Origin: Nitrospirota bacterium
Lineage (GTDB): Bacteria > Nitrospirota > UBA9217
NCBI GenBank assembly: GCA_963740085.1
Contig: CAVUCU010000001.1
Location: forward strand, 992,001 to 1,056,000
Direction: 5' to 3'
Length of the DNA stretch: 64,000 nucleotides
Of this stretch, positions 26,206-36,700 are shown one piece after another; position 1 is the stretch's first letter; each line of letters begins with the position of its first letter. Made by a program: the position numbers and the translations under genes. The notes beneath the pieces are model-generated. The model was not told where the DNA came from and did not search any database. It saw only the letters and a program-made list of their open reading frames with translations.

Positions 26206-27597
26206 TCAGATCTTCCACGTCAGTTCCCAGCGCACGAACTGGGCGTCGAACTGGTTTGTCGAATTATAAAAGTTGCCGGGCAGGAATTGTTCGACCAACA
26301 CATAGCCATCAAGGGTCGGCGAGAACTTGCGGGACAGCTTCGCGGTGATGAGCTGTCCGCGGTTCTTGTTCGTTCCCGAGAACATGGGTGCGAACGGGCC
26401 TGAGGCGGCGCTGAAGGTCTTGTCCGCCTTTAGGTAATTGTAGGACAGCTCAAGCCCCGTTTCCTCGGTCGGTGCAAACTTGACCAGGGCGCGGTAAATG
26501 TTTATGTTCGTCCAATATGCGGGGATGCCGGTTTCCGTCAAGAGCGTAAGCGAGTACAGCTCACTGATCTGGGGATAGCGTGAAAACAGCGGGTCCCAAC
26601 CCTCATTCTTGGTCGTCGACTGGTTATCACCTGACATCGTGATATATCCGAGGTCCCAACCGGGTTTCATGTTGATATTGTTATAGGTACGGCCGATATA
26701 GGCATATCCACCACCGCCTTCGCGCTTCGTTTTGTTCGAATCGTTGTACTCGCCCGACTGAAGCGCGTACTCGGCGCGGGCCTTCCAGCCTTCGCCAAAC
26801 CCGACCACTGCACGAAGGCCGTAGGTGCCCAACCTCAGGGCCGGTTTCAATGCCGCGGTCGTCGTTGTAGGGGTCGCTTCTTCCTTCCAGATATAGTAGG
26901 GCTCAACAGTCACCTTGTCCGTGATCTTCCCGCGGCCGTAGACCACAACGGCCTTTTCATCGTACGAATTAAGAGCTCGTTTCTCAAAGCCGAACGTGGC
27001 TTGCTTATACATGCTGTAGGTTGGAAGGGCGCCGTCGTTCTCCTGCGAGAACAGATAAACGAAATCGACATTATACTGGTCGTTGATGGTTACGAGCGCC
27101 CTCGCCGCGTTGAAGTAGAAGGTCCGCGAACCGTCGAGCGGAGTTCCATCCATGATGAGAAATCCTTCGCCAAAGACACCGAGGAAATCCTGGCGACCGA
27201 TCGTGAAATCGACGGGGATCCCGCCGGGTTTTTTTGCATATACATAGAGATTGTCGAAAAGAAACTCATCTCCGACCAGGCCAAGCTGGGCGGCGGTATT
27301 TGATGTATTGAAATACCTCGCCTCATTCGTGATCTTGGCAAAGATGCCATACTGCTTGTTGAGATCCACTTTGTCCCAAACCGATGACTTGAGACGCCAG
27401 AAGTTCTCGTCTTGACGCGAATAAGGATTTGCATTCGCGGCATCGGATTTGTTCATGTCGAACATGTTGTCCCATGTCTCCTGCCGCAGCCGGAAATAGA
27501 GGCCGTTGGTATTCGTGATCTCTGCATAGGCTGATGTAGCTAGCAAAACAAATGTCGCAAGAGCCAGAACTGCTTTTACAACTAACCTTTTCTTCAT
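26206..27597 (-). CDS. Alginate-export family outer-membrane beta-barrel porin
   Basis: Signal peptide ..AYA, FRLRQE, IGRQD..FGEGF..DG, SGD..WDPLF, aromatic C-terminal strand. Start ATG 27597. Confidence 0.8.
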   Translation of the reverse strand: MKKRLVVKAVLALATFVLLATSAYAEITNTNGLYFRLRQETWDNMFDMNKSDAANANPYSRQDENFWRLKSSVWDKVDLNKQYGIFAKITNEARYFNTSNTAAQLGLVGDEFLFDNLYVYAKKPGGIPVDFTIGRQDFLGVFGEGFLIMDGTPLDGSRTFYFNAARALVTINDQYNVDFVYLFSQENDGALPTYSMYKQATFGFEKRALNSYDEKAVVVYGRGKITDKVTVEPYYIWKEEATPTTTTAALKPALRLGTYGLRAVVGFGEGWKARAEYALQSGEYNDSNKTKREGGGGYAYIGRTYNNINMKPGWDLGYITMSGDNQSTTKNEGWDPLFSRYPQISELYSLTLLTETGIPAYWTNINIYRALVKFAPTEETGLELSYNYLKADKTFSAASGPFAPMFSGTNKNRGQLITAKLSRKFSPTLDGYVLVEQFLPGNFYNSTNQFDAQFVRWELTWKI

Positions 27598-27896
27598 AGT
27601 GTCCCCCTTTTTTGTATGTCTCTCAGAAAAAATACGTTTATTGTTCCGCTGGTATTTTGAATAAGATACGGCCGAGGCGCAAAACAGGGCCACTCTAGCA
27701 AAAAAAAAAGAAATATCAAACCTGAATTCATATAAATTAATTAATGAGCCTATAAATATCATTTATCAAATTATGGTCCTCTTTGGTAAAAGCAACGCAC
27801 ACTTTCGGAGATCGACTTGGCTGGCTGCTCAAGATAGCAAACTTTTCCCCTGGGTCACGTCTGAGTCGGCCATCGAAATTCATAAAAGTTTTTCTA

Positions 27897-27925
27897 TTGA
27901 CAATAAACCTCAATTTCACTATGAT
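27897..27925 (+). promoter_or_regulatory. sigma70 promoter of fchA-folD
   Basis: TTGACA-17 bp-TATGAT. Confidence 0.7.
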
Positions 27926-27975
27926 TTCATATTTTAAACCCCACAACGATTGAAGCAGAAAGGAGGACATTCCCC

Positions 27976-28602
27976 ATGTACCTTGATCTACCACTTCGCC
28001 ACTTTATGGATAAGCTGGCCAGTAAATCTCCCGAGCCGGGAGGCGGCAGCGTCGCAGCCCTTACCGGTTCGCTCGGAGCAGCGCTCGTGAGCATGGTATC
28101 AAATCTCACTCTTGGGAAGGAAAAATACAAGGATGTTCAGCCGCAGATCGAACAGCTGCTGAGGGAATCGGAAAAACTGCGCTCGGAAATGCAGGACCTG
28201 ATCCAGAAAGACACCGAGGCTTACGGAGCTTTATCGGGTGTATATAAGATGCCGAAGAACACCGATGAAGAAAAGGCCGCCCGCACCGTAAAGATGCAGG
28301 AAGCGCTCAAGACCGCGTGCAAGGTCCCGTTCGAGATCGGGCTCAAGTCACTCGAGGTGGCGAAACTTGCGCAGCGGGCGGCTGATATCGGGAATGTCGG
28401 CGCGGTGAGCGATGCCGGTGTTGCCGTGCTTCTCGCACAGGCCTGCGCGCAGAGCGCGGCACTGAACGTCAAGATCAACGTCAACAGCATCAAAGACGAG
28501 GCATACAACAAAGAGACCTGGACACGCATGCAGGATGTGCTCAAGCAGGTGGCGGCCCTTGAAAAGACCGTGATGGAAACGACATATAAGAAGATGGGAT
28601 AA
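27976..28602 (+). CDS. fchA: Methenyl-THF cyclohydrolase / cyclodeaminase (FTCD_C family)
   Basis: LASKSPEPGGGSVAAL, D.EAY, GNVGAVSDAGV, LNVKIN. Upstream of folD. Confidence 0.85.
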   Translation: MYLDLPLRHFMDKLASKSPEPGGGSVAALTGSLGAALVSMVSNLTLGKEKYKDVQPQIEQLLRESEKLRSEMQDLIQKDTEAYGALSGVYKMPKNTDEEKAARTVKMQEALKTACKVPFEIGLKSLEVAKLAQRAADIGNVGAVSDAGVAVLLAQACAQSAALNVKINVNSIKDEAYNKETWTRMQDVLKQVAALEKTVMETTYKKMG

Positions 28603-28607
28603 GAGAG

Positions 28608-28719
28608 ACAAACACCAATAATCAATTTTAACGTATGAATATTGAGATCGAGCACTTGGATATTATTTGTGATTTGTGATTTTGTGATTTGTGATTTGTG
28701 ATTTGTGATTTTGAATTTG
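28608..28719. repeat. Heptamer-repeat element (TTTGTGA)n
   Basis: About six TTTGTGA units, with a CAAACACCAATAATCAA left arm. Confidence 0.75.
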
Positions 28720-28737
28720 ATCAGCAAGGAGAACATT

Positions 28738-29589
28738 ATGCCTGCAAAATTGTTAACAGGGAAAGAAGTGGCACAGAAAATGGATCTGGACATCCAGAAG
28801 GACGTTCAGGAGCTCAAGGCAAAAGGCGTGAACCCTGCGCTTCGGATCATGATCGTGGGCGAGGCGGAGGATTCGGTCTTTTACGCCAACAGCGCGAAAA
28901 AGATGGCTGAAAAGAACGGCATTGCCTGCCAGATCGAGCAGTTGTCCGGCACGATGAGCCAGGACGAGTTCGTGAATATCCTGAAACAACGGAACGCGGA
29001 CAAGACCATTCACGGGATCATCGTAATGCGTCCGTTCCCGAAGCAGATCAGGGAAGACGTCGTAAAGCACATTCTAGCGCCGGAGAAGGATATCGACTGC
29101 TTCAATCCCGTGAACGCGGGCAAGATCATGGCCGGAGACATGACGGGTTTCCCGCCTGCCACGCCGCAGGCCGTGATGGAGATCCTCCGCTTTTATCAGG
29201 TCCCGATGAGCGGCAAGGAGGCCGTGGTCATCGGCCGCTCCATGGTGGTCGGAAAACCCATGGCCATGCTTCTTTTGGGAGAGAACGCGACCGTCACGGT
29301 CTGCCACTCCAGGACGCAGGACCTTCCGGGTGTATGCAGACGCGCCGATATCCTGATTGCGGCGATCGGCAAAGCGAAGATGATCTCCACGAACTACATC
29401 AAGCCGGGAGCCACGGTTATGGACGTGGGTATAAACCCGGAGGGTGACAAGTTTGTGGGTGATGTGGACACCGAACCGGCAAAAGACGTTGCCGGAGCAA
29501 TCACCCCTGTTCCCGGGGGGGTCGGCACCGTGACCACCCGTGTACTGCTCAAGCATGTCGTCAAGGCGGCGAAACTACAGAATCCGTAA
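28738..29589 (+). CDS. folD: Methylene-THF dehydrogenase FolD (probably monofunctional)
   Basis: PEKDID, PATP, GRSMVVGKP, CHSRT, DVGIN, PVPGGVG. YxxxK and Q motifs altered. Confidence 0.92.
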   Translation: MPAKLLTGKEVAQKMDLDIQKDVQELKAKGVNPALRIMIVGEAEDSVFYANSAKKMAEKNGIACQIEQLSGTMSQDEFVNILKQRNADKTIHGIIVMRPFPKQIREDVVKHILAPEKDIDCFNPVNAGKIMAGDMTGFPPATPQAVMEILRFYQVPMSGKEAVVIGRSMVVGKPMAMLLLGENATVTVCHSRTQDLPGVCRRADILIAAIGKAKMISTNYIKPGATVMDVGINPEGDKFVGDVDTEPAKDVAGAITPVPGGVGTVTTRVLLKHVVKAAKLQNP

Positions 29590-29635
29590 CATTGGGTCAA
29601 GTTGCGGTGTTTCCGCAAAACTTAATCGGATCGAC

Positions 29636-29673
29636 AAAAAAAACAAGCAGGTCGAAAAACGGCCTGCTTGTTG
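29636..29673. terminator. Terminator between convergent genes
   Basis: A-tract, then AACAAGCAGGTCG-AAAAA-CGGCCTGCTTGTT. Confidence 0.7.
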
Positions 29674-29723
29674 ATAAATTGATACTTTTCCTGTAAGCAG
29701 ATTAGATGTCTTACCGCAGCGCC

Positions 29724-30083
29724 CTAGTTGGTATCATACACAACAGGACCTTCTTTAAAAATCGTAATCCCGTTATGCAACTCCACAGCCGGGCCTTCCA
29801 TTCTCAATCCTCCTGCTGCCGACCCGATCTCACTTAATTCTGGCGCAACTCCAAAAGCCGGTTCTGAATCAAATGCTACGGGACCAACGGCAAAGACCGT
29901 GATGCCGTTATCCAAATCAGCATAGATTTCTGCCGGATTCCCGCTTGTCCTATCATAGGTGTCCGCGCCGCTGGTAAATGCGGTAATTCCATTGTTTATT
30001 TCGCCCTTCATTTCCATCGCGTAAGCTGATCCCCAGGCAAGAACAAATGCCATTGTCGTTAATATCAATGCAATCTTTTTCAT
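29724..30083 (-). CDS. Small secreted acidic protein with three NGITxF repeats
   Basis: Signal ..GSAYA. EINNGITAF, DLDNGITVF, ELHNGITIF. AGGAGA RBS and TTGACA-16-TATACT promoter upstream. Confidence 0.7.
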   Translation of the reverse strand: MKKIALILTTMAFVLAWGSAYAMEMKGEINNGITAFTSGADTYDRTSGNPAEIYADLDNGITVFAVGPVAFDSEPAFGVAPELSEIGSAAGGLRMEGPAVELHNGITIFKEGPVVYDTN

Positions 30084-30308
30084 GGAAGTATCTCCTTTCA
30101 TCAAATTCTTTTCATAGAGTCATCTTAATGAAAGTATATCACTCTTCCGGTTATTGTCAAGGAGTTGCGCAACTAGTGATAATTGCGTGATTTTTGGTTT
30201 CGGGGCAGTTCCGGACTGCGGAAAGAACAACGGAAAAAAATGGGCGGATTGAAGTCAGGTACTACCCAGGCAGGCAAATGGGCGATCACGCGTTCCCCGC
30301 GTTTGAGA

Positions 30309-30346
30309 CAAAAAACACCCCGGAGGTTTGTCCCCCCGGGGTGTTT
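30309..30346 (-). terminator. Terminator of porin gene
   Basis: AAACACCCCGG stem with complementary arm and T-tract on minus strand. Confidence 0.75.
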
Positions 30347-30386
30347 GTTTCGCTTACGTAATGTGCACCAGAGCGGTGCGTATGCC

Positions 30387-31698
30387 TTAGAACTTGTAGG
30401 TTAAGTAACCCTGGATACCGGTTGCGGCATCATCGGCTGTCTTTTCGACCGTCGCGGTCGACAGCAACTTCTTGTAGGCATCACCTGGCTTGAAGTAGGC
30501 GAGCTGCCAATTCCAGGTCAGGTTGTCATAAAGCTTCCAGTTCACATGAGCATCGACTTCCGTTCCGATTGCGCTGGAAGTCGACCCGTCAAAGGCGCTC
30601 GTGATCTTCTCAGTGGCCTGCAGGTACCATACATCAAGACCGATATTGAGGCTCTTGACAACATCCGCAGCAACGCCTGCGCTGATTGCCGTCGTATTGG
30701 AAAAACCGGTGTTTTTAGCGCCTGCGGCGGTCACCATCTTATATTCATACAGATAGGTGTAATGCGTGTCAATGTCCTGGAAGGTGATATAATTGTTTGA
30801 TATCAGTGTCGCCACTCTTTGCACCGGACCCGCGGGCAGCCGTAAAGTTGATGGTAATCGGCTCCAGCGCCACATTGCCCTGGATCACGACCTGGTTGCC
30901 CTTGAACTTGGGTTCAGCTACGCCGCCATTCTTAACCTTACCTGTCTGCGCATCAACCTCAGCCTCAAGGTTCACCGGGCCCAATTTGCCTTTATAATTC
31001 AATCCGATATTGAACAGTTGCGCGCCCGCGAGGCTTCCAAACCCAGCCGCAGAACCACGAACATTCACTTCGGCAACATTAATACCGACCAAATTGTTTT
31101 CATCGAGCTTAAACACGTCGAGTAAGGCATAGGCATCGACATCATCGCTGGCTACGCTGGCGTTGCCTTCAGCGACCTTGATGTCGACCAAGGCGAAGGT
31201 ATTGGGGCCGGTCACGTTCGCGACCACCCATGCATCGGAACCGAAGTACATCGAGCGGAGGAACCACTTGTTGCCGAGCGACAGGAGCTGATGACCTGCC
31301 GTCACGTTCAGCGGAAGGCCGGGAAGATTGAAGTTTATCCAAGCTTCGCGGACCTTGAGGAATGGGTTCTGTTCTGCATTACCACCACTGGTACCTCCTC
31401 CTGTTGCAGCTGACCCGCCGTTGGCCTGATAGTTTTCAAACCTGCCGAATGAGTCCCAGTAGTTTTCGATCGAGAGTTTTCCCCTTAGATCATCGCTGGC
31501 TTTTGCGTTTACTTCAAGCCTTATCTTCTCCTGGGTATCAACGGTCTTGCCGGATTGATCATTCTTGTCAATAGACAGGTTGTCGAAATTGCGGCTCCGT
31601 ACACTCATCATACCGCTCACGCTGATGTCTGTGGCAAAAGCCATCGAACTGATGGCGACCATTGCCAGTACTACCAGTAATACGAGAATCTTCTTCAT
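30387..31698 (-). CDS. Outer-membrane porin (alginate-export/OmpJ-like), +1 frameshift near 30791
   Basis: Signal ..MAFA, VREAW, GTEVD, AYFKPGD, C-terminal YKF. Two ORFs join on removing one T (1312 bp). Confidence 0.8.
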
Positions 31699-32047
31699 CG
31701 TTATCCTCCCTTAATAATTGATTTTGCTCCGGTCTGTGCCGGAATGATAATGGAATCCTCTAAAATATGCAAAGGTATAAACACTGCGAGACACGATGCT
31801 ACTTGATGCGGGAAGCAATTTATTCTGAGATCATCCCTCCCTTCGTCTGAACTATTACTGTTGATTAACCAAAGCAGCAACGACTAAAGTCTGTAACTCG
31901 AACTGATGTTGATTATTCTATAGAAGTGGGACTTTGTTTAAATGATCCCGTAAGCATGATGCTGGCACACCCGGCACAGAGGGCATCCGGAAGACCGGGG
32001 CAATCTTGACATGGAAATTTGATGGTATTTATCATAGGTTCAGGAGA

Positions 32048-32076
32048 AATATAGCAAAGTCATATAATCAAGTCAA
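32048..32076 (-). promoter_or_regulatory. sigma70 promoter giving a ~340-nt porin leader
   Basis: TTGACT-17 bp-TATATT on minus strand. Confidence 0.6.
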
Positions 32077-32099
32077 GCGTTTTTATCTGTATTTCCATC

Positions 32100-32128
32100 T
32101 TGACCTCACTGAATCTTACTTCTATAAT
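32100..32128 (+). promoter_or_regulatory. sigma70 promoter of fadL
   Basis: TTGACC-17 bp-TATAAT. Confidence 0.7.
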
Positions 32129-32174
32129 AATTTTGTTATCAATACAGCATACTCAGCTCGCAGGAGGATTTCAC

Positions 32175-33401
32175 ATGAAAAGAGTGTTATTGGTATTCGC
32201 AACAATTGTAGCCGGCATCGTGATGAGTTTTTCAGTAAGCTTCGCATCAGGCTTCAGGCTGCCAGAGCAGGATTCAACAGCCCTGGGAATGGCAAGCGCG
32301 TTCGTGGGCCAGGCAGACAACCCGGCTGCGGTATGGTACAACCCGGCGGGTATCACCCAGCTCGACGGGACAATGGTCTCCGGAGGCGTTATCGGCATAT
32401 ACCCGGAATTGACCCATGAAAACACGAACGGCACAACGGATGTGTCCAAGCGCGACTTGTACCTCCCTGTCCACTTATACGCAACACATAAATTGAATGA
32501 GAATATCTTCTTCGGTTTCGGCATCAACAATCCATTCGGCCTATCCACGGACTGGCCGAAGACCAGTTCCACCCGGTACGTAGCCACGTTTTCCAGTATC
32601 GTCACCACAGAGTTTAACCCGAATATAGCGTATAAGTTTAACGATGACCTGTCGGCTGCGTTCGGCATAGCCTATCTGCATATCCGAGCCACCCTTGAAA
32701 AAATCACGCCTACTTCTCCCCTTACTGATGCAAACTTCAGACTCAGCGGAGATGCTGACGGATGGGGCGTAAACGCTGCGTTAACATATAAAGTATCTGA
32801 TGCGGTGCATCTCGGCCTCTCTTACCGGAGCAGGATTAAGGAAAACGTGGAGGGGACCGCAGAAATCAATGGCACACCTCTGTCTGGAACCGGAAAAACA
32901 TCGATCACACTTCCGGACCTGACGCAGTTCGGTGTATCATACCGCGCTTCGGACACACTGACATTAAATACCGACTTGGAATATACCATGTGGTCAACAT
33001 ACGATAAGCTGGAGATAGAATCTGATGTTCCGGCCTTCAATAAAACAGAAGAAAAACAATGGAAGAATACCTGGTGCCTCCGGATCGGCGGCCAGTATAA
33101 ATTATCTGACCAGTGGAAGTTGCGCGCCGGCTATTTGTACGATCAGAATCCGGTCAAGGAAGAATACTTTGAAACACGCATTCCCGACTCCGACAGGCAG
33201 GGCATATCAATCGGCGCCGGTTATACCATCGGCAGCGTCACGATTGACGCCGCCTACATGTACCTCCAGTTTAATAAAAGGACAATTTCCAATAGCGTGA
33301 TGGACGACGCGTCGGTAACACCCAAGGCCCCGGACGCCCTGAACGGAACTTACAGGTCCAGGGCCCAGCTCGCAGGAATCACGATCGGATATAAGTTTTA
33401 A
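32175..33401 (+). CDS. fadL: FadL/OmpP1 long-chain fatty acid / hydrophobic compound transporter
   Basis: ASGFRLPEQ..GMASA, YNPAG, PFGL.T, GLSYRS, RIPDSDR, C-terminal YKF. AGGAGG RBS. Confidence 0.88.
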   Translation: MKRVLLVFATIVAGIVMSFSVSFASGFRLPEQDSTALGMASAFVGQADNPAAVWYNPAGITQLDGTMVSGGVIGIYPELTHENTNGTTDVSKRDLYLPVHLYATHKLNENIFFGFGINNPFGLSTDWPKTSSTRYVATFSSIVTTEFNPNIAYKFNDDLSAAFGIAYLHIRATLEKITPTSPLTDANFRLSGDADGWGVNAALTYKVSDAVHLGLSYRSRIKENVEGTAEINGTPLSGTGKTSITLPDLTQFGVSYRASDTLTLNTDLEYTMWSTYDKLEIESDVPAFNKTEEKQWKNTWCLRIGGQYKLSDQWKLRAGYLYDQNPVKEEYFETRIPDSDRQGISIGAGYTIGSVTIDAAYMYLQFNKRTISNSVMDDASVTPKAPDALNGTYRSRAQLAGITIGYKF

Positions 33402-33426
33402 CGATTTTCGCCTCTCTTATGAATTG

Positions 33427-33469
33427 TCCGGTTCTGCCTTCCTGCTGCATCAGGCCAGGCAGGACCGGA
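33427..33469 (+). terminator. Long hairpin after fadL
   Basis: TCCGGTTCTGCCT ... AGGCAGGACCGGA, then TTTG. Confidence 0.5.
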
Positions 33470-33750
33470 TTTGCCATATCATCTTTTCTTCCTGAACGTT
33501 TCCTCTTATTTCTCGAAGTCATCACATAAGCTGTCACCATAAATCTCTCTGGTTCGGGCGGTGAACAGACGCACATAACGACGGGCCGCACCGAACATTA
33601 CCATCACACCCATTACTGCTCATTCCCGAGCAATCTAACTTATGCACACGGGGGGCGCGTCATATTGAGACGCCTGCGACTTTGACGTTGCCTTGATGAG
33701 ATAAAGACGAAGTGTTGACACCCTGCCAAGCTTTGTGGTATTTTTAGCCC

Positions 33751-36700
33751 ATGGCAATCGACAAGAATAAGACCATAAAAGAAGCACAGAAGCACGTTGC
33801 CAAGGGCCAGTTTGATAAGGCGATTGCAGAGTGGAAGAAGCTCCTCAAGGAAACGCCCGACGATCCTAATATTTACAATACCATAGGAGACCTATGTCTC
33901 AAGAAAGACTCCAAGGCAGATGCAGTCGAGGCTTATCACAAGGCCGCCAATCTTCTTGCCGCTGACGGGTTCACCTCCAAGGCCATCGCCCTCTTCAAAA
34001 AAGTTCTCAATATCGACGCCAAGAAAATGGATGCCCATCTCGCACTCGGCGACCTGAATGCAGAGAAGGGACTTACCAGCAACGCGCTCGAAAGCTACAA
34101 GATCGTTGCGGACCACTATACCCAGCAGAACCAAACAGCCAAGGCCCTCGACATCTACCAGAAGATGGCGGACCTGAACCCCTCCAATGTCGTATTCCAG
34201 ATCAAGCTCGGCGACATGTATGCAAAAGAGAGCATGAAGGATAAATCGGCCAAGGCATACCTCGCGGCTGCTGACGTTTACCTGTCCAAAGACGCATTCA
34301 AAGATGCACGACACCTGTTCGAGAAGATCCTCGCGCTGGAACCGGGCAACAAGGAGGTCTATCACAAGGCCGGAATCGTTTACTTCAAAGAAGGCAAATT
34401 CGTTGAAGCCTGCAAGGCGTTAAAACCAGCCTTTGAGAACGATCCATCAAATAAGGAGCTTGTCGAGATTTATCTTGAGGCCCTGGACAAGGCGGGCAAG
34501 GATGTCGAGGCTGAACAGGTCATCCGGAAGCTCCTCGCCGAGAACCCGAACAATGCCGAACTTCGTGCAAAACTGTACAACCTGTATCTTGCGAAAAAGG
34601 ACTTTGAAAAAGCCATTGTCGAGGCCGGGACCCTCGCTGACGGAAAAATCGAGAGCGGGAATACCGAAGAAGCTGAGGAGATCTACAAAGCCTTTGTGGC
34701 CAACAGTCCGTACTTTCCCCCCATCCGGCAAAAACTTGCCGAATTCTACATTTCCGTCAAACGGCCACTGGATGCAGCAGCGGAACTCATGCAGGCCTCC
34801 GAGTTGTTCATCACGGAAGGTGATGACCAGAGCGCCAGGGCCGTTCTATCGCAGGCGATCGAGATCGCGCCTGACCTGTCTGAGGCCAGAGAACGGCTCG
34901 CACAGATGCAGCCTGCCGCCGCGACTACACCTCCTTCGGAGCCGGAGTTCACAGCCGCAGAAGAACCAGTCCCGGTCTCACCCTCACCTGCTGTCGCCGA
35001 ACCCGAGCCATTACCAGTCCTTGAAGCGCCGCCACCGGCTCCCACCCCGCCGCCCGACTCTCCGGTCGCAGATGCGCCTGTTTTGGAGAAAGAAGATCCT
35101 GCGATCGCCGAAGCGTTCACCGAAGCCGATGTGCTCATCAAATACGGCCTTGCCGACAAGGCGGTTGAACAGCTCGAGGTGCTGAGCAGTAACTTCCCCG
35201 AAAATCCGCGAATACATATCAAGCTCCGGGAACTCTACCGTGAACAGGGGAACATTGATAAAGCTGTGCAGCATGCCCTTGTCGCCGTCTCGCTCCACTC
35301 AAAATACGGCAGGGAAGACCAGGCAACGACCGTGCTGCAGGAGACTTTTGAAATGGCGCCCGATCATGCGGCGGTCCTCTCCAGGCTCGGAAGGGCCCCT
35401 GTTGCGCCGGAAGAACCTGTGCGAGAAGCACTCGAGGAAGTCCCCCAGCCGGAGATCACCCCGGTCGATATCGAGACCCCTCCCCTCTCGTCCGTGATAA
35501 CTCCCCCGTCACTTGAAGAAACCTTGATAGAGACGGCATCGCTGGAGACTCCGGTCCCTTCGGGTGAAATTGAGTTTGAGGGGCTTGAATCGGAACTGCC
35601 CCCCCTGGAAGAGTTTTCGCCCGCGGAAACTGTCCCTGTTGCCGAACTGCCTGCGATTGAACAGCAGCCGGTTGAAGAAGAACCGCCCTTTGCCGAAGCG
35701 CCTTCTGTTGACGAACCGACTGCGATTGAACAGCAGCCGGTTGAAGAAGAACCGCCCTTTGCCGAAGCGCCTTCTGTTGACGAACCGACTGCGATTGAAC
35801 AGCAGCCGGTTGAAGAAGAACCGCCCTTTGCCGAAGCGCCTTCTGTTGACGAACCGACTGCGATTGAACAGCAGCCGGTTGAAGAAGAACCGCCCTTTGC
35901 CGAAGCGCCTTCTGTTGACGAACCGACTGCGATTGAACAGCAGCCGGTTGAAGAAGAACCGCCCTTTGCCGAAGCGCCTTCTGTTGACGAACCGACTGCG
36001 ATTGAACAGCAGCCGGTTGAAGAAGAACCGCCCTTTGCCGAAGCGCCTTCTGTTGACGAACCGACTGCGATTGAACAGCAGCCGGTTGAAGAAGAACCGC
36101 CCCTTGCCGAAGCGCCTTCCGTTGACGAACCGACTGCAGAGGAACAGCCGTTTATTGAAAAAGAGTTTGCGGACGAGCAGGAACAGACTGTGATTGCACC
36201 TGTGGAAGAAGAGGCAGCGCACAAACCAACCGACGAGGTTGATATCGGTGAGATATGGGCGGAAGCGGAGTTCTACTTTCAGCAGGGATTGTTCGACGAG
36301 GCAAAGAAGCATTACACTCAGATCATCGCCTTGACACCCGACAACCAGCGAGCGGGCGATCGGCTTGCCGAAATCTCTCGTGAAGAAAATGAAACACGGG
36401 AATTTGCCAAACTTACCGATGCGGTCGAAGGGCTGGAAGGCTATCTCCCGCCGGAGGCAACCGAGGGAGAGCTTGCAGCGAGCGCATCTGACGATGAGGC
36501 AGTCCGCGCTCTGATGCTGGAGATCCAGCAGCTCAAGCAGCAGTCGGCGCCCCCTCCCCCGCCGCCGAAAGAGAAAAAAATCGCTGTGCCGCCTCAGCAG
36601 ATTGCGGCCGACGCAGCACTCAGCAATCCTGTCGAGCCTGCAAAAAAGAGCGATGAAGAAGACTTTTTTGACTTGGGCGCAGAGCTCCAGCGGGAGGCGG

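Noticed and set aside
27678-27692. sigma54 promoter for the porin (TGGCCC..TTGCG, minus strand)
   Set aside because: GG to GC spacing is 9 nt, not the required 10
35651-36137. Possible CRISPR array
   Set aside because: Contiguous 69-bp units with no unique spacers, in frame within a CDS, and no cas genes
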